From Callorhinchus milii (Eukaryota), in the NCBI RefSeq assembly GCF_018977255.1, contig NW_024704754.1:18786001-18850000 (forward strand): a stretch of DNA of 64,000 nucleotides. Direction: 5' to 3'. The notes beneath the pieces were generated by a model. The model saw only the letters and a list, made by a program, of their open reading frames with translations, did not search any database and was not told where the DNA came from. This document shows positions 61,376 through 64,000 of the stretch, piece after piece. Position numbers and translations under genes: made by a program. How positions within the stretch are numbered: the first letter of the stretch is position 1; each line of letters opens with the position of its first letter.

Positions 61376-61705
61376 GATAAGGCGCTGTGTCAAATGCAGG
61401 GATTATTATTGTTATTGAGCCCAACCAATACCGTCACTGCTTCACTGTGCTTTCCCGGTAACGCTGTCCCCATGTTTCTGTGAAAATAAAATAATCCGCT
61501 TAAATTCCCCTTTTACTCCTGAATGCCAAATAAAATAAAATTGATCACTCACTCTATGGCTGTTTGCAGGGATGTTGCTGTGCGCAAATTGGCCCACAAA
61601 ACACACACAGTCCCTACACTTCACGTTATGTCCTGTGAAGTGTGTTGGGACGTCGTCCTGATGGAGACCGGAGTTGACACTGTAACTGTCTCTTTCCCCC
61701 CTCAG

Positions 61706-63593
61706 CTTCCTGATAGGATGCAATGTTCTCCCTGTCTCGAGCTTCCACTTGGGTTCTGTGTTGCAGAGGAAGAGCTGGGAACGGAAAAACCATATCGTTT
61801 ACCCACCTCAGCTCCCCCATGAGCCACTTAGACCTGTGGTAAGCTCCAGTTCTTTCATTATACACATAATTCTCTCAACAACAACAAATCACATTTATGT
61901 AAGTGCCTTTTAGGTTGGAAGAAAGTCCCAAGACACTGGGCAGTGAAGGATTTGCACCTGAGGATAGAGTTCCAGAGGGTTAGGGAAAACCTTCTGAAGG
62001 TGATGGTGGGAGCAGTCAGGTTGGTAACGGTTTAGGAAGTCGCAGATATTGGGCTAGACCGTGAGGGGCTTTGAAGGTGAAGATGACGATCAAGGATCTC
62101 TGGGTGATGTTTAGTTTTTTTTCAATCGTCATTCTCCTTTCTCCCCACTCCGGTGATTTCTGATCCTCTGTGCTAATGGCTGACATGTGCTCGGGGTCTC
62201 TGTGTCGTTAACAGGAGGTCCACCACTGCAGGAGGCAGATCAAGTACAGCAAAGACAAAATGTGGTACCTGGCGAAAGTGGTGAGTCCAACTCTCACTCT
62301 GTTTCTTCAGCTTCACATAATAATAATAATAATAATAATAATCCTGACATTTAATATAGCTCCTTATCACCTCTTTGAGACGTCTCAAAGCGCTTCACAG
62401 AATATACTATAAAATGAATTGACTGTATATTTTGTAGGCAAAACAGTTGGGGATTGAGTGACCACATTTTGGGGGAGGGATTATTACCCCCATAAAGCGG
62501 GTTCCTACTGACAGAGGCGTGTAGAGTAAGGAAACTTGCCTAAGATCTCGCTCTGCCTGGGAATCGAACCCGGGTCTTCTCGCTTGCGAGGCAAGTGCTC
62601 TAACCACTACGCTTCAGGACTCCACAACTGGGGATTAGAGTGCAGCGCTCCGGAGGGGGAGTGACAATAACAAGACAACAACAACTTACATTTATCTAGC
62701 GCCCCACATGCAGGGTAGAGTCCCAGCACAGACGCGATGGGAGGGGGAAACCTACTTCTGTGCTTGTGTTTCAGATCCGGGGGATGACCATCGATCAGGC
62801 TGTGGCCCAGATGGAATTTCACGACAAAAAGGGAGCCAAAGTTATAAAAGAGGTGAGAAAAGGACCAGCCAGTGCCACTTAGAGGTGCCCTGGTGAACTA
62901 TCTGTTTAACGGCTAACTGGCTCTGTGGCTGGTGCCTGGTGTCTCTCGCTCTCTATGTCAATTCTCTCCCGTTTGGTTTGTGTTCACTCCAGGTTCTGTT
63001 GGAGGCTCAGGAGATGGCAGTGAGGAACCACAACCTGGAGTTCAGGTCTAACCTGTATGTAGGTAAATATCCTCCCCACACACAGCAGTCAGTCGCTTTG
63101 GTTCTCACACTGTGGCTCTGTGCCACCATCGCACTGGTCTGGGGGCTTGAGATATAGGATCATCATCATCATAATAATAATCTTTGCGTTTGATAGAATG
63201 CCTTATCAGGTCGTTGAGACGCCTCAAAGCGCTTTGCAGAATACATGATGGGAGATGGTGGAAGGTGGGGTCTTTGGTTTTTGGGGATGGGGTTGGTGGG
63301 GGGGGATGAGAGGCTGTGATTCAATCTGAAGGGTTGCTTCCCACGTGCCAGGGGTTGACACACTTGTCTCTCTCTGACCCACAGCCAGGTCTTTCTCTGG
63401 GAAGGGTCAGTACCTGAAGAGGATCCGCTATCACGGGCGGGGGATGTGTGGGGTGATGGACAAGGTTTACTGCCATTACTTTGTGCAGCTGGTGGAGGGC
63501 AAACCCCCTCCTGAGGCCCAGAGAACCGGCTTCGACCAGGCCAAAGAGTACGTGCAGGGGCTTCGAAACCGCACCATCATCCACGCTCTGTAG
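61706..63593 (+). CDS. MRPL22: Mitochondrial ribosomal protein L22 (uL22m), 5' exons missing (gap)
   Basis: Exons 61706-61838, 62215-62280, 62775-62852, 62993-63062, 63385-63593: [14 protein letters not shown]...[28 protein letters not shown]...[26 protein letters not shown]...[15 protein letters not shown] at 63942-63947. Confidence 0.96.
62320..62612 (-). mobile_element. tRNA-derived SINE copy (MRPL22 intron)
   Basis: Minus strand CGTAGTGGTTAGAGCAC...GGGTTCGATTCCC...GGCAAGTTTCCTTACTC with a (TTA)n tail. Confidence 0.78.
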
Positions 63594-64000
63594 CCACGGT
63601 TCCTCCCCGCCTCGGGCCCCACCCTCCTGAGTGTGGCCCCACCCATTTGTGGTCAGAAACCCGCCCCCTCGTGAACACAGACACACCCCCTCAGGAGTCT
63701 GGTCCCACGCTCTTGAGAGTGTGGCTCCACCCCCTCGTGACTGCGGCCCCACTCCCTTGCAAGCCACGCACCGCACCCTTGTTAGAGAGCTCCGCCTCCT
63801 CATGGGTATGGCCCCACCCCCTTGCAATCATAGCCCCACCCCTTGCAATCAGCCCCACCCCTTGCAATCATGGCCCCGCCCCTCCATGCACAGTGCTGGT
63901 TGGGAGGACGGCACCACCTGTGTTGAACCTTAGGAGTTTGTAATAAAATCTTTTCTTGTCAGCAATGTTGTGGATTGAGCCTTTGTATTTCTCCGAATCA

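Overview
Eukaryotic (vertebrate) genomic DNA. The Deu-domain and tRNA-derived SINEs and the L2/CR1 LINE fragments point to a cartilaginous fish, possibly a chimaera (inference). I assembled the gene models by hand from splice sites and reading frame. The window holds a block syntenic with human 5q31.3: IK(-), NDUFA2(+), TMCO6(-), SLC35A4 with its 103-aa uORF microprotein(-), and APBB3(+). This block is joined without a gap to a 3'-truncated GEMIN5(-), followed by a 5'-truncated MRPL22(+). The main novelty is an intact 17-coding-exon, ~654-aa gene in the slot where mammals have CD14. It encodes a kinesin motor-like domain in which all four nucleotide-binding motifs are degenerate, followed by a coiled-coil tail (candidate pseudo-kinesin). 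Other highlights: a U12-type intron in IK with apparent AT-AA ends, a 6-nt APBB3 microexon, a candidate alternative APBB3 first exon encoding a poly-cysteine N-terminus, and a probable misjoin or rearrangement near 54.1 kb. Most long ORFs in the supplied track are low-complexity or N-gap artefacts.
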